This document shows positions 46,425 through 58,700 of a stretch of DNA of 64,000 nt, in pieces (position 1 is the first letter of the stretch; each line of letters opens with the position of its first letter). Below the pieces are notes generated by a model, which was not told where the DNA came from, did no database searches, and was given only the letters and a program-made list of their open reading frames with translations. Location: contig CM075995.1 of the NCBI GenBank assembly GCA_038087875.1, positions 8,000,001 through 8,064,000 of the forward strand, in the 5' to 3' direction. The position numbers and the translations under genes were made by a program. This stretch comes from Malacoraja senta (Eukaryota).

Positions 46425-47248
46425 AGATTTGATTTGATTCAATTTATTGTCATTGTCTTCAAGTAAGAGACAACAAATTGCTATTTCCCATACAGTCATA
46501 CGAATAAAAAAAAATTTAAAACGAAAACACAGAACAATAGTCCACAACACAAACATCCCCACAGCGGCACCAAAGTTCCCCACTGTGAGGGAAGGAACGA
46601 ATGTCCAGTCAACTTCCTCGCTGATGTTCCCCGATGTTCACCCGTGGTCGTGGCCTCCCGAGCCCCCCGCAGTCGCCGCTATGGGCGGCCCGATGTTCAG
46701 GCCCTCTCGCCGGGAACAATGGAACCCCGACGTCGAACGGAAGAACATCCTCAGTGGCCTGGACCTCTGAATCGGCCACCTCCCTCCGGAGTCTGCGGCT
46801 CCCGAAGTCCACAGGCCGAGCTGGCGGGGAGATTCAACGCTGGCAGCCCCCGGCAGAGTCCCAGGACTCCGCAATGTTGGTCAGCACCGCCCGTGCTGGG
46901 AGCTCTGCAAAACACAGCTCCGCGATGTTGTTGCAGCAGGCTCAACACTCCGGAGCTTCAAACGGCGATCCCAAGTGAGACATTGCTCGCTCCGGGATGT
47001 ATCCAGCGCTGCGCTGCCGCTGCTGATGCTCTGGTCCGATCCCGGCAGGAAAGGCCACGCCAATCCAGTAGGTAGGCCGCAAGGAGGGGGGCGAGGGCGC
47101 GACTCGAATAATAGTTGCATCCTCGCCAGGAAGTGACTAAAGGATGGTTTCCCCCTTACCCTACCCCCCTCCCCCACATAAAATAGAAAGGAAAAAAAAC
47201 ATACTTTAAACAGACTAAAATAAAAAAGACAAACAGACTATAGGCAGA
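46425..47248 (-). mobile_element. Non-autonomous retroposon (paralog 53644-54477), absent from the inverted paralog
   Basis: Minus-strand tail GACAATAAATTGAATCAAATCAAATC. The empty site (GTCAACCTTCTTGGTTAC on the minus strand) is seen at ~51149-51166. Confidence 0.7.
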
Positions 47249-50200
47249 CTTGGTTACTTCTTCAAAAACTCAATCAAATTCGTGAGACATGATCTCCCAT
47301 CACACAAATCCATGGACCAGCCCGTATCGGGGGGAAACCTTCCTGTAGTAACCAGGCACCATTGTTCCAGAGTCAAGAATCAAGAATCAAGAGTGTTTCA
47401 TTGACCTTTCACACTTTACCCTTCAATACACTGTGTCTCCCTCTGTACATAACACAGAACAACATGGTGCATGTGTCTGTTTCTGGAGCCCGGCCTCTTG
47501 CTCTGATTTCTGCATTAGTTTAGTTTAGAGAAACAGCACAGAATCAGGGACTTTGGCCGACTGAGCCCGTGTCGGCCAGCGATCTCTGCACACTAGCACT
47601 ATCCTGCACATACTAGGGACTATTTTACAATTTTACCAAAGCCAATTAACCTACGTCTTTGGAGTGTGGGAGGAAACTGGGGCACCCGGAGAAACCCCAC
47701 GCAGGTCACAGGGAGAACGTACAAACTCCGTACAGACAGCACCCGTGGTCACGATCGAACCCGGGTCTCCGGCGCTACAAGGCAGCAACTCTGCCGCTGC
47801 ACCACCGTGCCGCTCTAATTAGACATGTTTCATAAAGAATTTAAACTGAACTTTCGCCCACATGCAAAAGAAGTTACATGAGTTGACGAAATGTGTAGGA
47901 AGGAACTGCAGACGCTGGTTTAAAACAAAGGTAGACACAAAATGCCGGAGTAACTCAGCGAGACAGGCAGCATCTCTGGAGAGAAGGAATGGGTGACGTT
48001 TCGGGTCGAGACCCTTCTTCAGACGTTCTAATTTTAGGTGTTAACATTGGTATTGATTATTACTCTAAATTCCAGACACAATGTCTCAATGTTTTCTCCC
48101 TTGTAGAGTTATATTTGCAATCAGTGGGTCATATTTGCATTCCTTTTAGTCAGAGACACCTTCCTTTGCATTTTAAATTTCAATATATTTGATTACACAA
48201 CGTGATACATTCAATTAAATCTGTATTTTTTGTAAATATCGAGGTAATTAGCTGAAAACACCAATATGGCTGAATTATGTAGGAAGGAACTGCAGATGCT
48301 GGTTTACGCCAAAGAATGTCAGCGTGAGGCCAGACGCAAATTGGAGGAACCAATTTCACTTGGGCAGCTTACACCCCAGTGGTATGAATGACTTCAAGTA
48401 ACCCTTGCATTGCAACTCCATCCCACCATGCATCCTCGTTCTCCGACCAGTCTGACAGTCCTCCTGACTAAATTTGACTTTGTATGCTTCGTTGTCACCT
48501 TCCCCCAAATAACAATGATAGACAATAGACAATAGGTGCAGGCCTAGGCCATTCGGCCCTTCGAGCCAGCGCCGCCATTCAATGTGATCATGGCTAATCA
48601 TCCACAATCAGTACCCCGTTCCTGCCTTCTCCCTATATCTCTTCACTCCGCTATCTTTAAGAGCCCTATCTAGCTCTCTCTTGAAAGTAACCAGCGAACC
48701 GGCCTCCACTGCCCTCTGGGGCAGAGAATTCCACAAACTCACAACTCTCTGTGTGAAAAAGAGTGTGTGAATGATTTTCCTTAAACATCATCCCCTTTGA
48801 TCTCTCGTTTTCACACCTCACCTTCCATATCATATTTTTCCAGCATCTGCAGTTCTTTCTGAATCACTTCCATATCTCTGTGTCTCCCTCTCCCCTGACT
48901 CTCAGTCTGGTCTTGACTGGAAAAGTCACCCATTCCTTCTCTCCAGAGATGCTACCTGTCCCGCTGAGTTACTCCAGCATTTTTTTGTCAATCTTCAGTG
49001 TTTAATATGTGTGGACACAGAACAATGAAATCCTTTCTTGCAGCAGTGTAACAGGTCTGTAAACGCAGTACTGAACACAATAAAAGATAGAAACAAAATG
49101 CTGGAGTAACTCAGCGGGACAGGCAGCATCCCTGGAGTGAAGGAATGAGTGACTTTTTTTGGTCGAGACCCTTCTCTCCAGAGATGCTGCCTGTCCCACT
49201 GAGTTACTCCAGCATTTTGTGCCTATCTTCGGTGTAAACCAGCATCTGCAGTTGCTTCCGACCCATAACTTTGTTATTGCCAGCATGAAATTCTCAAGCC
49301 CTACTTTCCCTGTAGGCACAGTTGTTTAGTTTCTCACATAACTTTCTTCACCTAGGCAAGGTTTTACTTTGCACGGTGGCGCAGCGGTAGAGTTGCTGCC
49401 TCACAGAGCCAGAGACCCGGGTTCAATCCTGACCATGCGTGCTGTCTGTACAGTTTGTACATTCTCCCTGTGACCGCGTGGGTTTTCTCCGGGTGCACCA
49501 GTTTCCTCCCACACTTGGAAGACGTACAGGTTAGTAGGCTAATTGGCTTTGGTCAAAAAAAATGTAATTGTCCCTCGTGTGTGTAGGATAGTGTTAGTGT
49601 GCGGGGATCGCTGGTCGGCGCGGACTAGGTGGGCCAAAGGTCCTGTTTCCGTACTGTATCACGAAACTAAACTAAACTCTAGTGACATGTCTGTGGAATT
49701 TGAAATCTCTATCCCTTTATTTCACTGGGACACTGTGGACTTGTCTTGTCTTGTGGTCATCACTCCCGAAGAGTCCACCAGGGACTATACTGGAATTATC
49801 CTACACCCACTAGGGCCAATGTTTACATTTACCAAGCCAATTAACCTACAAACCTGTACGTCTTTGGCGTGTGGGAGGAAACCGAAGATCTCGGAGAAAA
49901 CACACGCCGGTCACGGGGAGAACGTACGAACTCCGTACAGACAGCACCTGTAGTCGGGATCGAACCCGTCTCCGACGCTGCCAGCGCTGTAAGGCAGCAA
50001 CTCTACCGCTGCGCCACTGTGACCGCTCTCACCGTGACTCAGCAGCGGTTCCTGTCTGCCTCACAGTAACGCTATAGTTAACTCAACTAGATCAATTTGT
50101 GGCTGCTAAGATTATCTTTATTTTGAGGCAGGTACTATCACAACATTCAAGAAACAGTGAGACACGTACATATGGATAGGACAGGTTTGGAGGGATATGG

Positions 50201-50509
50201 AGCAAACGCAGGCAAGTGGGACTAGTGTAGCTGGGACATGTTGGCCCGTGTGGGCAAGTTGGGCCGAAGGGCCTGTTTCCACACTGTATCACACAAGAGT
50301 CAAGAGTGAACATGTAAACATAGTACTCTGTAAAGTTTAGTAAACGAGAAAAAAAGTTGTTTGTGTAAAAATACTCACAAATACACATATATATCATTAT
50401 ATGTATATATATCTGGTATATATGTATATATATATATATATATGATACATATGTGTGTATGATACATATATATGTGTGTATTTGTGAATATCTCTCTATG
50501 TTTCTATGT

Positions 50510-51480
50510 TTCCTACACATTTTGTCAACTCCTGTAACTTCTTTTGCACTTTGGCGAAAGTTCAGTTTAAATTCCTTATGAAACATGTCTAATAATTAGG
50601 GCGGCATGGTGGTGCAGCGGCAGAGTTGCTGCCTTGCAGCGCCGGAGACCCGGGTTCGATCTGTACGGAGCTTGTACGTTCTCCCCGTGACCTGCGTGGG
50701 GTTTCTCCGGTTGCTCCAGTTTCCTCCCACACTCCAAAGACGTAGGTTAATTGGCTTTGGTAAAATTGTAAAATAGTCCCTAGTGTGTGCAGGATAGCGT
50801 TCGTGTGCAGTGATCGCTCGCCGGCGCGGGCTGAGTGGGCGGAAGTGCCTGTTTCCGCGCTGTTTCTCTAAACTAAACTAAACTGAACTAATGCAGAAAT
50901 CGTAGCAAGAGGCTGGGCTCCGGAAACAGGCATATGCACAGTTATCTGCTCATGCTCTGTGTTATGTACAGAGCGAGACGCAGGGATATGGAAGGGTAAA
51001 GTGTGAAGGGTCAATGAACCACTCTTGACTCTGGGACAATGGTGTCTGATTACTACAGGAAGGTTTCTCCCCCCTTAGATAGAGGCTGATCCATGGGTTT
51101 GTGTGATGGGAGATCATGTCTCACGAATTTGATTGAGTTTTTGAGGAAGTAACCAAGAAGGTTGACAAGGGTAAGACCATCTTCTTTTTAGGCCCCCCTC
51201 GGTCAGGGCTGACCATGGGTGTCTCCAGGGTTTGAGGACACCAGTACGTGACTTTGTTTAACGTGGGGAGACTGGTACACAAACATCCACCACACGGTCC
51301 TTGACAGATCCGGGTCAGGATCCAGTGGCATGGAGTCCAAGACGACCGGGGACCCTTTTCTGCTGCAGCCTTCATCCGCCTTCCCAGCCGTTGTGACTCT
51401 CCACTAAGGTCAGCCATCGTCCTCTGCCTGTTCCACCGTTGAGGTCTTGGTTGGATTGCTCTTTTTCAGAGTCCTCCCCC
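50510..51480 (-). repeat. Inverted paralog of ~46105-46424 plus 47249-47900
   Basis: Reverse complement of block A/B sequence; continues where 38155-40848 stops. Confidence 0.88.
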
Positions 51481-51592
51481 TCGACCTTACTGCCATGGGT
51501 GGCCCTACCAGGAGCATAGCTCCAAGCGGCATCGCTCTCAGGATCTCAGGAGACACGCTTCTCCACCACGACAAGGTGACAATCCACGGTGA
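51180..51592 (-). mobile_element. Short RTE-derived element (BovB/Expander-like 5' UTR, AAG-type tail); partial copies at 46105-46400 and 53320-53615
   Basis: CACCTTGTCGTGGTGGAG...GTAGGGCCACCCATGG...CTCTGA(A/C)AAAGAG resembles RTE 5' UTRs. The 3' end is GGCCTAAAAAGAAG here and GGCCTAAGAAGAAG in the other copies. Confidence 0.6.
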
Positions 51593-52484
51593 CCATATGC
51601 ATTGTCCATATGGACTTCAGGACGGCCTTCCATAAGATTCAACATAGTAAGCTGCTCTGGAAGGTCAGATTGCATGGCGTCCAAGAAGAGCGAGCTAGTT
51701 CGATACAGTATGTAGGAAACAACTGCAGATGCTGGTTTATGCCGAAGACAGACACAAAATGCCGGAGTAACCCAACGGGACAGGCAGCGTCTCTTGAGAG
51801 AAGGAATGCGTGACCTTTCCAGTAGAGACCTTTCTTCAGACTGAGAGTCAGGAGAAAGGGAGACAGAGATATGGAGGGATAAGGTGTGAAAACGAGAGAT
51901 CAAAACAGATTTAGAATGGACCATTGTGTCAGAAATACATCGCAAAGCTGCAAGAAGACAGCAGGGGATAGGGACAGGTGGAGTGCTTAAACATGTGTAA
52001 TGTCCTCTTCTTGCGTCATACATAATTCTGTGCTTTAAAGAAAGTTGAAACTGAACCTGTGTAGAATTAGCTTCCACTGCCCTCTGAGGCAGAGAATTCC
52101 ACAGGTTCACAACTCTCTGTCTGAAAAAGTATTTCCTCATCTCCGTTAAATGGCCTCCCCCTTATTCTTAAACTGTGGCCCCTGGTTCTGGACTCCCCCA
52201 ACATTGGAAACATGTTTCCCGCCTCTAGCGTGTCCAAACCCTTAATAATCTTATATGTTTCAATATAAAATGGCCTCATACAGCTAAAAAAATCTTTACA
52301 AAAAATGTTACCCGAAATGTCTCTTTACCTAGCACTGAGATGAGAAAAAACGTTTTCACCCAGAGTTGTGAATGTGTGGAATTCTCTGCCACGGAAGGCA
52401 GTGGTCTCATCTCCTTCAGCAGCACCTTGGTCTCCCTTCCTGAGCTCAGACACCCACTTCTCCTCACCTCACCTACACTCACTT

Positions 52485-52655
52485 CCCCTCACCTACACAC
52501 TTACACCTCGACTAATCCCCTCACCTACACACTTACACCTCGACTAATCCCCTCACCTACACACTTACACCTCGCCTAATCCCCTCACCTACACACTTAC
52601 ACCTCGACTAATCCCCTCACCTACACACTTACACCTCGACTAATCCCCTCACCTC
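52485..52655. repeat. 32-bp minisatellite, about 5 units
   Basis: CCTCGACTAATCCCCTCACCTACACACTTACA at 52506, 52538, 52570, 52602 and 52634. Confidence 0.92.
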
Positions 52656-52689
52656 TACGACACCTCACGACGACACCTGACACCTGACA

Positions 52690-52962
52690 CCTAATCCGCG
52701 CCTCGACTAATCGCCGCCTCTCTCCCGCTCGCGCTCAGCGGAACCAACGGCTCCAACAAGGGGGGCGGGGCCGAGCGCGGAGAGCGGCGCAGGCGCACTG
52801 CCCGAGAGAGCCGGTGGGGGGGGAGGGGCGCACGCGCGTAGACGTTGACGTTGAGACCGAGTCCCGCCCGTGGCGGCTGCAGCCCCTCCCCGTGGGAGCG
52901 AGCGGGAGGGAGGGAGGGAGGGAGGGAGGCGGCCATTAGTCGAGGCGGGGATTAGGTGTGAG
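52690..52962. promoter_or_regulatory. CpG-rich promoter-like element, copy B
   Basis: GC-box, NRF1-like and CRE-like motifs as in copy A, slightly diverged. Confidence 0.6.
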
Positions 52963-55554
52963 GTGGGAGGTTTAGTCGAGACAAGGTTTAGTGAGTTGAG
53001 GTTTAAGTGTGAGGTGAAGTTTATTCGAGACAAGAGGCGAGGGGTTTAGTCCAGGTGAAAAATCAGATTCATTTCTAGGAAAACAAACAAAATCGGAATT
53101 CCGATTTAAATCCGAAGAATATCTGGACTAAAGTCGCTTCTGGGATTAGGTTTCTTGAAGCTTAAGCTTCATTAGTTTCATACTAGATCTGCCCCAGGGC
53201 AGGTACTATCACAACATTCAAGAAACTGTGAGACACGTACATATGGATAGACAAAAATGCTGGAGAAACTCAGCGGGTGAAGCAGCATCTATGGAGCGAA
53301 GGAAATAGACAATGTTTCGAGGGGGAGGTCTCTGACAAAGAGCAATCCAACCAAGACCTCAACGGTGGAACAGGCGGAGGACGATGGCTGACCTTAGTGG
53401 AGCGTCACAACGGCTGGGAAGGCGGATGAAGGCTGCAGCAGAAACGGTTCACCGGTCGTCTTGGACTCCATACCACTGGATCCTGACCCAGATCTGTCAA
53501 GGACCGTGGGGTGGCTGTCTGTGCACCAGTCTCCCCACGTTAAACAAAGTCACGGACTGGCGTCCTCCAACCCTGGAGACACCCATGGCTATGACCGAGG
53601 GGGGCCTAAGAAGAAGTTGGTCTTACCCTTGTCAACCTTCTTGATTTGATTTGATTCAATTTATTGTCATTGTCTTCAAGTAAGAGACAACAAATTGCTA
53701 TTTCCCATACAGTCATACGAATAAAAAAATTTTAAAAACTAAAACACAGAACAATAGTCCACAACACAAACATCCCCACAGCGGCACCAAAGTTCCCCAC
53801 GGTGATGGAAGGAACGAATGTCCAGTCAACTTCCTCGCTGCTGATCCCCGATGTTCACCCGTGGTCGTGGCCTCCCGAGCCCCCCGCAGTCGCCGCTACG
53901 GGCGGCCTGATGTTCAGGCCTTCTCACCGGGAACGATGGAACCCCGACGCCGAACGGAAGAACGTCCTCAGCGGCCTGGACCTCTGAATCGGCCACCTCC
54001 CTCCGGAGTCTGCAGCTCCCGAAGTCCACAGGCCGAGCTGGCGGAGATTCAACGCTGGCGGCCCCCGGCAAAGAGTCCCAGGACTCCGCGATGTTGGTCA
54101 GCACCGCCCGCCCTGGGAGCTCTGCAAAACACAGCTCGGCGATGTTGATGCAGCAGGCTCAACACTCCGGAGCTTCAAACGGCGATACCAAGTGAGACAT
54201 TGCTCGCTCCGGGATGTATCCAGCGCTGCGCCGCCGTTGCTGATGCTCTGGTCCGATCCCGGCAGGAAAGGCCGCGCCAATCCAGTAGGTAGGCCGCAAG
54301 GAGGGGGGCGAGGGCGCGACTCGAATAATAGTTGCATCCTCGCCAGGAAGTGACCTAAGGATGGTTTCCCCCTTACCCTACCTCCCTCCCTCCCCCACAT
54401 GAAATAGAAAGAAAAAAAAACATACTTTAAACAGACTAAAATAAAAAAGATAAAAAGACAAACAGACTGTAGGCAGACTTGGTTACTTCTTCAAAAACTC
54501 AATCAAATTCGTGAGACATGATCTCCCATCACACAAATCCAAGGACCGGCCCGTATCTAGGGGGGGGGAAACCCTCCTGTAGTAATCAGGCACCATTGTT
54601 CCAGAGTAAAGAATCAAGAATCAAGAGTGTTTCATTGACCTTTCACACTTTACCCTTGAATACACTGTGTCTCCCTCTGTACATAACACAGAACAACATG
54701 GTGCATGTGTCTGTTTCTGGAGCCCGGCCTCCTGCTCTGATTTCTGCATTAGTTTAGTTTAGAGAAGCAGCGCAGAATCAGGGACTTTGGCCCACTGAGC
54801 CCGTGTCGGCCAGCGATCTCTGCACACTAGCACTATCCTGCACACACTAGGGACTATTTTACAATTTTACCAAAGCCAATTAACCTACGTCTTTGGAGTG
54901 TGGGAGGAAACTGGGGCACCCGGAAAACCCCCACACAGGTCACAGGGAGAACGTACAAACTCCGTACAGACAGCACTCATGGTCACGATCGAACCCGGGT
55001 CTCCGGCGCTACAAGGCAGCAACTCTGCCGCTGCACCACCGTGCCGCTCTAATTAGACATGTTTCATAAAGAATTTAAACTGAACTTTCGCCAACATGCA
55101 AAAGAAGTTACATGAGTTGACGAAATGTGTAGGAAGGAACTGCAGACGCTGGTTTAAAACAAAGGTAGACACAAAATGCCGGAGTAACTCAGCGAGACAG
55201 GCAGCATCTCTGGAGAGAAGGAATGGGTGACGTTTCGGGTCGAGACCCTTCTTCAGACTTTCTAATTTTAGGTGTTAACATTGGTATTGATTATTACTCT
55301 AAATTCCAGACACAATGTCTCAATGTTTTCTCCCTTGTAGAGTTATATTTGCAATCAGTGGGTCATATTTGCATTCCTTTTAGTCAGAGACACCTTCCTT
55401 TGCATTTTAAATTTCAATGTATTTGATTACACAACGTGATACATTCAATTAAATCTGTATTTTTTGTAAATATCGAGGTAATTAGCTGAAAACACCAATA
55501 TGGCTGAATTATGTAGGAAGGAACTGCAGATGCTGGTTTACGCCAAAGAATGTC

Positions 55555-55760
55555 AGAGTGAGGCCCAACGGAAATTGGAGGAACAGCACCTCGTATTTCA
55601 CTTGGGCAGCTTACACCCCAGTGGTATGAATGACTTCAAGTAACCCTTGCATTGCAAATCCATCCCTCCCACATCCTCGTTCTCTGACCAGTCTGACAGT
55701 ACTCCTGACTAAATTTGACTTTGTATGCTTCGTTGTCACCTTCCCCCAGATAACAATAAT
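55555..55760 (+). mobile_element. Penelope-like element fragment (endonuclease C-terminus and 3' region); paralogs at ~48325-48515 and 40155-40360(-)
   Basis: Translates EAQRKLEEQHLVFHLGSLHPSGMN, typical of the GIY-YIG C-terminus of vertebrate Penelope-like elements. Confidence 0.75.
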
Positions 55761-58700
55761 AGACAATAGACAATAGGTGCAGACCTAGGCCATTCGGCCC
55801 TTCGAGCCAGCACCGCCATTCAATGTGATCATGGCTGATCATCCACAATCAGTACCGGGTTCCTGCCTTCTCCCCATATCCCTTCACTCCGCTATCTTTA
55901 AGAGCCCTATCTAGCTCTCTCTTGAAAGTATCCAGAGAACCGGCCTCCACTGCCCTCTGAGGCAGAGAATTCCATAGACTCACAACTCTCTGTGTGAAAA
56001 AGAGAGTGTGTGAATGATCTACTTGATTCTATGTTTCCCTTAAACATCGTCACCTTTCATCTCTTGTTTTCACACCTCACCTTCCAGCATCTGCAGTTCT
56101 TTCTGAAACACTTCCATATCTCTATGTCTCTCTCTCCCCTGACTCTCAGTCTGAAGAAGGGTCTCGACTGGAAAAGTCACCCATTCCTTCTCTCCAGAAA
56201 TGCTGCCTGTCCCGCTGAGTTACTCCAGCATTTTTCTGTCAATCTTCAGTGTTTAATATGTGTGGACACAGAACAATTAAATCCTTTCTTGCAGCAGTAT
56301 AACAGGTCTGTAAACGTAGTATTGACCACAATAAAAGGTAGACACAAAAGGCTGGTGTAACTCAGCGGGACAGGCAGCATCTCTGGAGAGAAGGAATGAG
56401 TGACTTTTTTTGGTCGAGACCCTTCTCTCCAGAGATGCTGCCTGTCCCACTGAGTTACTCCAGCATTTTGTGTCTATCTTCGGTGTAAACCAGCATCTGC
56501 AGTTGCTTCCTACCCATAACTTTGTTATTGCCAGCCTGAAATTCTCAAGCCCTGCTTTCCCTGTAGGCACAGTTCTTTAGTTTCTCACATAACTTTCTTC
56601 AACTAGGCAAGGTTTTACTTTGCACGGTGGCGCAGTGGTAGAGTTGCTGCCTCACAGCGCCAGAGACCTGGATTCCATCCTGACCACGCGTGCTGTCTGT
56701 ACAGAGTTTGTACATTCTCCCTTTGACCGCGTGGGTTTTCTCCAGTTGCTCCAGTTTCCTCCCACACTCCAAAGACATACAGGTTAGCAGGCTGCTTGGC
56801 TTCGGTCAAAATATTGTAAATTGTCCCGAGTGTGTGTGGGATAGTGTTAGTGTGCACCTGTGCGCGGATCGCTGGTCGGCGCGGACTGGGTGGGCCAAAG
56901 GTCCTGTTTCCGTACTGTATCTCGAAACTAAACTAAACTCCAGTGACATGTCTGGGGAATTTGAAATCTCTATCCCTTCATTTCTCTGGGATACTGTGGA
57001 CTTGTCTTGTCCTGTGCTCATCACTCCCGAAGAGTCCACCAGGGACTATACTGGAATTATCCTACACCCACTAGGGCCAATTTTTACATTTACTAAGCCA
57101 ATTAACCTACAAACCTGTACGTCTTTGGAGTGTGGGAGGAAACCGAAGATCTCGGAGAAAACCCACGCGGGTCACGGGGAGAACGTACAAATTCAGTACA
57201 GACAGCACCCGTAGTCGGGATCGAACCCGGGTCTCCGACGCTGCCAGCACTGTAAGGCAGCAACTCTACCGCTGCGCCACCGTGACCGCTCAGCAGCGGT
57301 TTCTGTCTGCCTCACAGTAACGTTACAGTTAACTCAACTAGATCAATTTGTGGCTCCTAAAATTATCTTTATTTTGAGGCATGTACTATCACAACATTCA
57401 AGAAACAGTGAGACACGTACATATGGATAGGACAGGTTTGGAGGGATATGGACCAAACGCAGGCAGGTGGGACTAGTGTAGCTGGGACATGTTGGCCCGT
57501 GTGGGCAAGTTGGGCCGAAGGGCCTGTTTCCACACTATATCACTCTATGACTCAAGAGTCAAGAGTGTTTTATTGTCATGTGTCCCGGATAGAACAATGA
57601 CATTACTTGCAGCAGCACACCAGAACATGTAAACATAGTACTCTGCAAACAGTTCAGTAAACGAGAAAAAAGGTTCAGTGTGTGTAAAAAAAACTCACAA
57701 ATACACATATATATATCATATACATATATATCATATATGATATATACGTGTGTATATATGTATCAATATATGATACATATGTGTGTATGATATATATACG
57801 TGTATTTGTGAGTATGTCACAAAAAATAAACAATAATAGTTTGTTTAAATATCTCTGAATATAACTTTGTTTTTCCCAGCATGAAACTCTCTAGCTCTAC
57901 TCCCCTCGTTGCCACAATTGTTTCGTTTCTAACGCGGGCAGGTTATGTTTTAGGAGCGTGGCCGTCCCGTTACTTTCGGGATGAGGTCAGTAAATGGGTG
58001 CGTTTACACCAGAAGTTATTGGGCTGGGATTGGTGTTAACGGAGAAAGGAAAGGAAGGGGAGGGGACCGAGATCTATTGCACTGAGCGTCGACAGCAACG
58101 TCCAAGGCAGAGAGGCTCGTCCCCCCAAACTGCACAAGTTTTCTTTCTGCACAGTTGGGCCAGAGTCTGCGACAAACTACCCTGTGCAGAGACCGAGAGG
58201 GCTGAGGTCAGTGTGTGTTTGCGACGGGGGTGGGCAGCGCTCCCAACCTAACGGTGCAGACTTGTGCAAGCGACGGCATTTCAGCAGCGCACATTGAGTG
58301 TGTGCTTATAAATAGTCACAGAGTCTTACAGTGTGGAAATAGGCCCTTCGGCCCAACTAGCCCACACCGACCAACGTATCCCATCTACACTAGTCCCACC
58401 TGCCTGCATTTCGCCCGTATCCCTCTAAACCTGACCTATCCATGTACCAGTCTAAATGTTTCTTAAACGTTGTGATAGCACCTGCCTCAACTCCCTCCTC
58501 TGGCAGCTTGTTCCATACACCCACCACCTATTGTGTGGAAAAAGTCACCCCTCAGGTTCCCATTAAATCTTTCCCTATTTCACCTTAAACTTTTATTCAG
58601 AACAAAACAGAAAATTGTGCAAAAACTGCAAGTTTTCCTTCTGCATAGTTGATTGGGGATGATCAGCCATGATCACATTGAATGGCTGTTGCTGGCTCGA

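Larger units (their letters stand above)
45441..50490 (+). repeat. Segmental duplication block A (direct copy of 52637-57812)
   Basis: Collinear match throughout with an offset of ~7.2-7.3 kb. Confidence 0.95.
52637..57812 (+). repeat. Segmental duplication block B
   Basis: Collinear with 45441-50490. Confidence 0.95.

Noticed and set aside
40849..50509. L1 3' transduction as the origin of block A
   Set aside because: The plus-strand L1 breaks inside ORF2 with no 3' UTR, and the block has no terminal poly-A. The 71-bp flanking repeat alone is insufficient.
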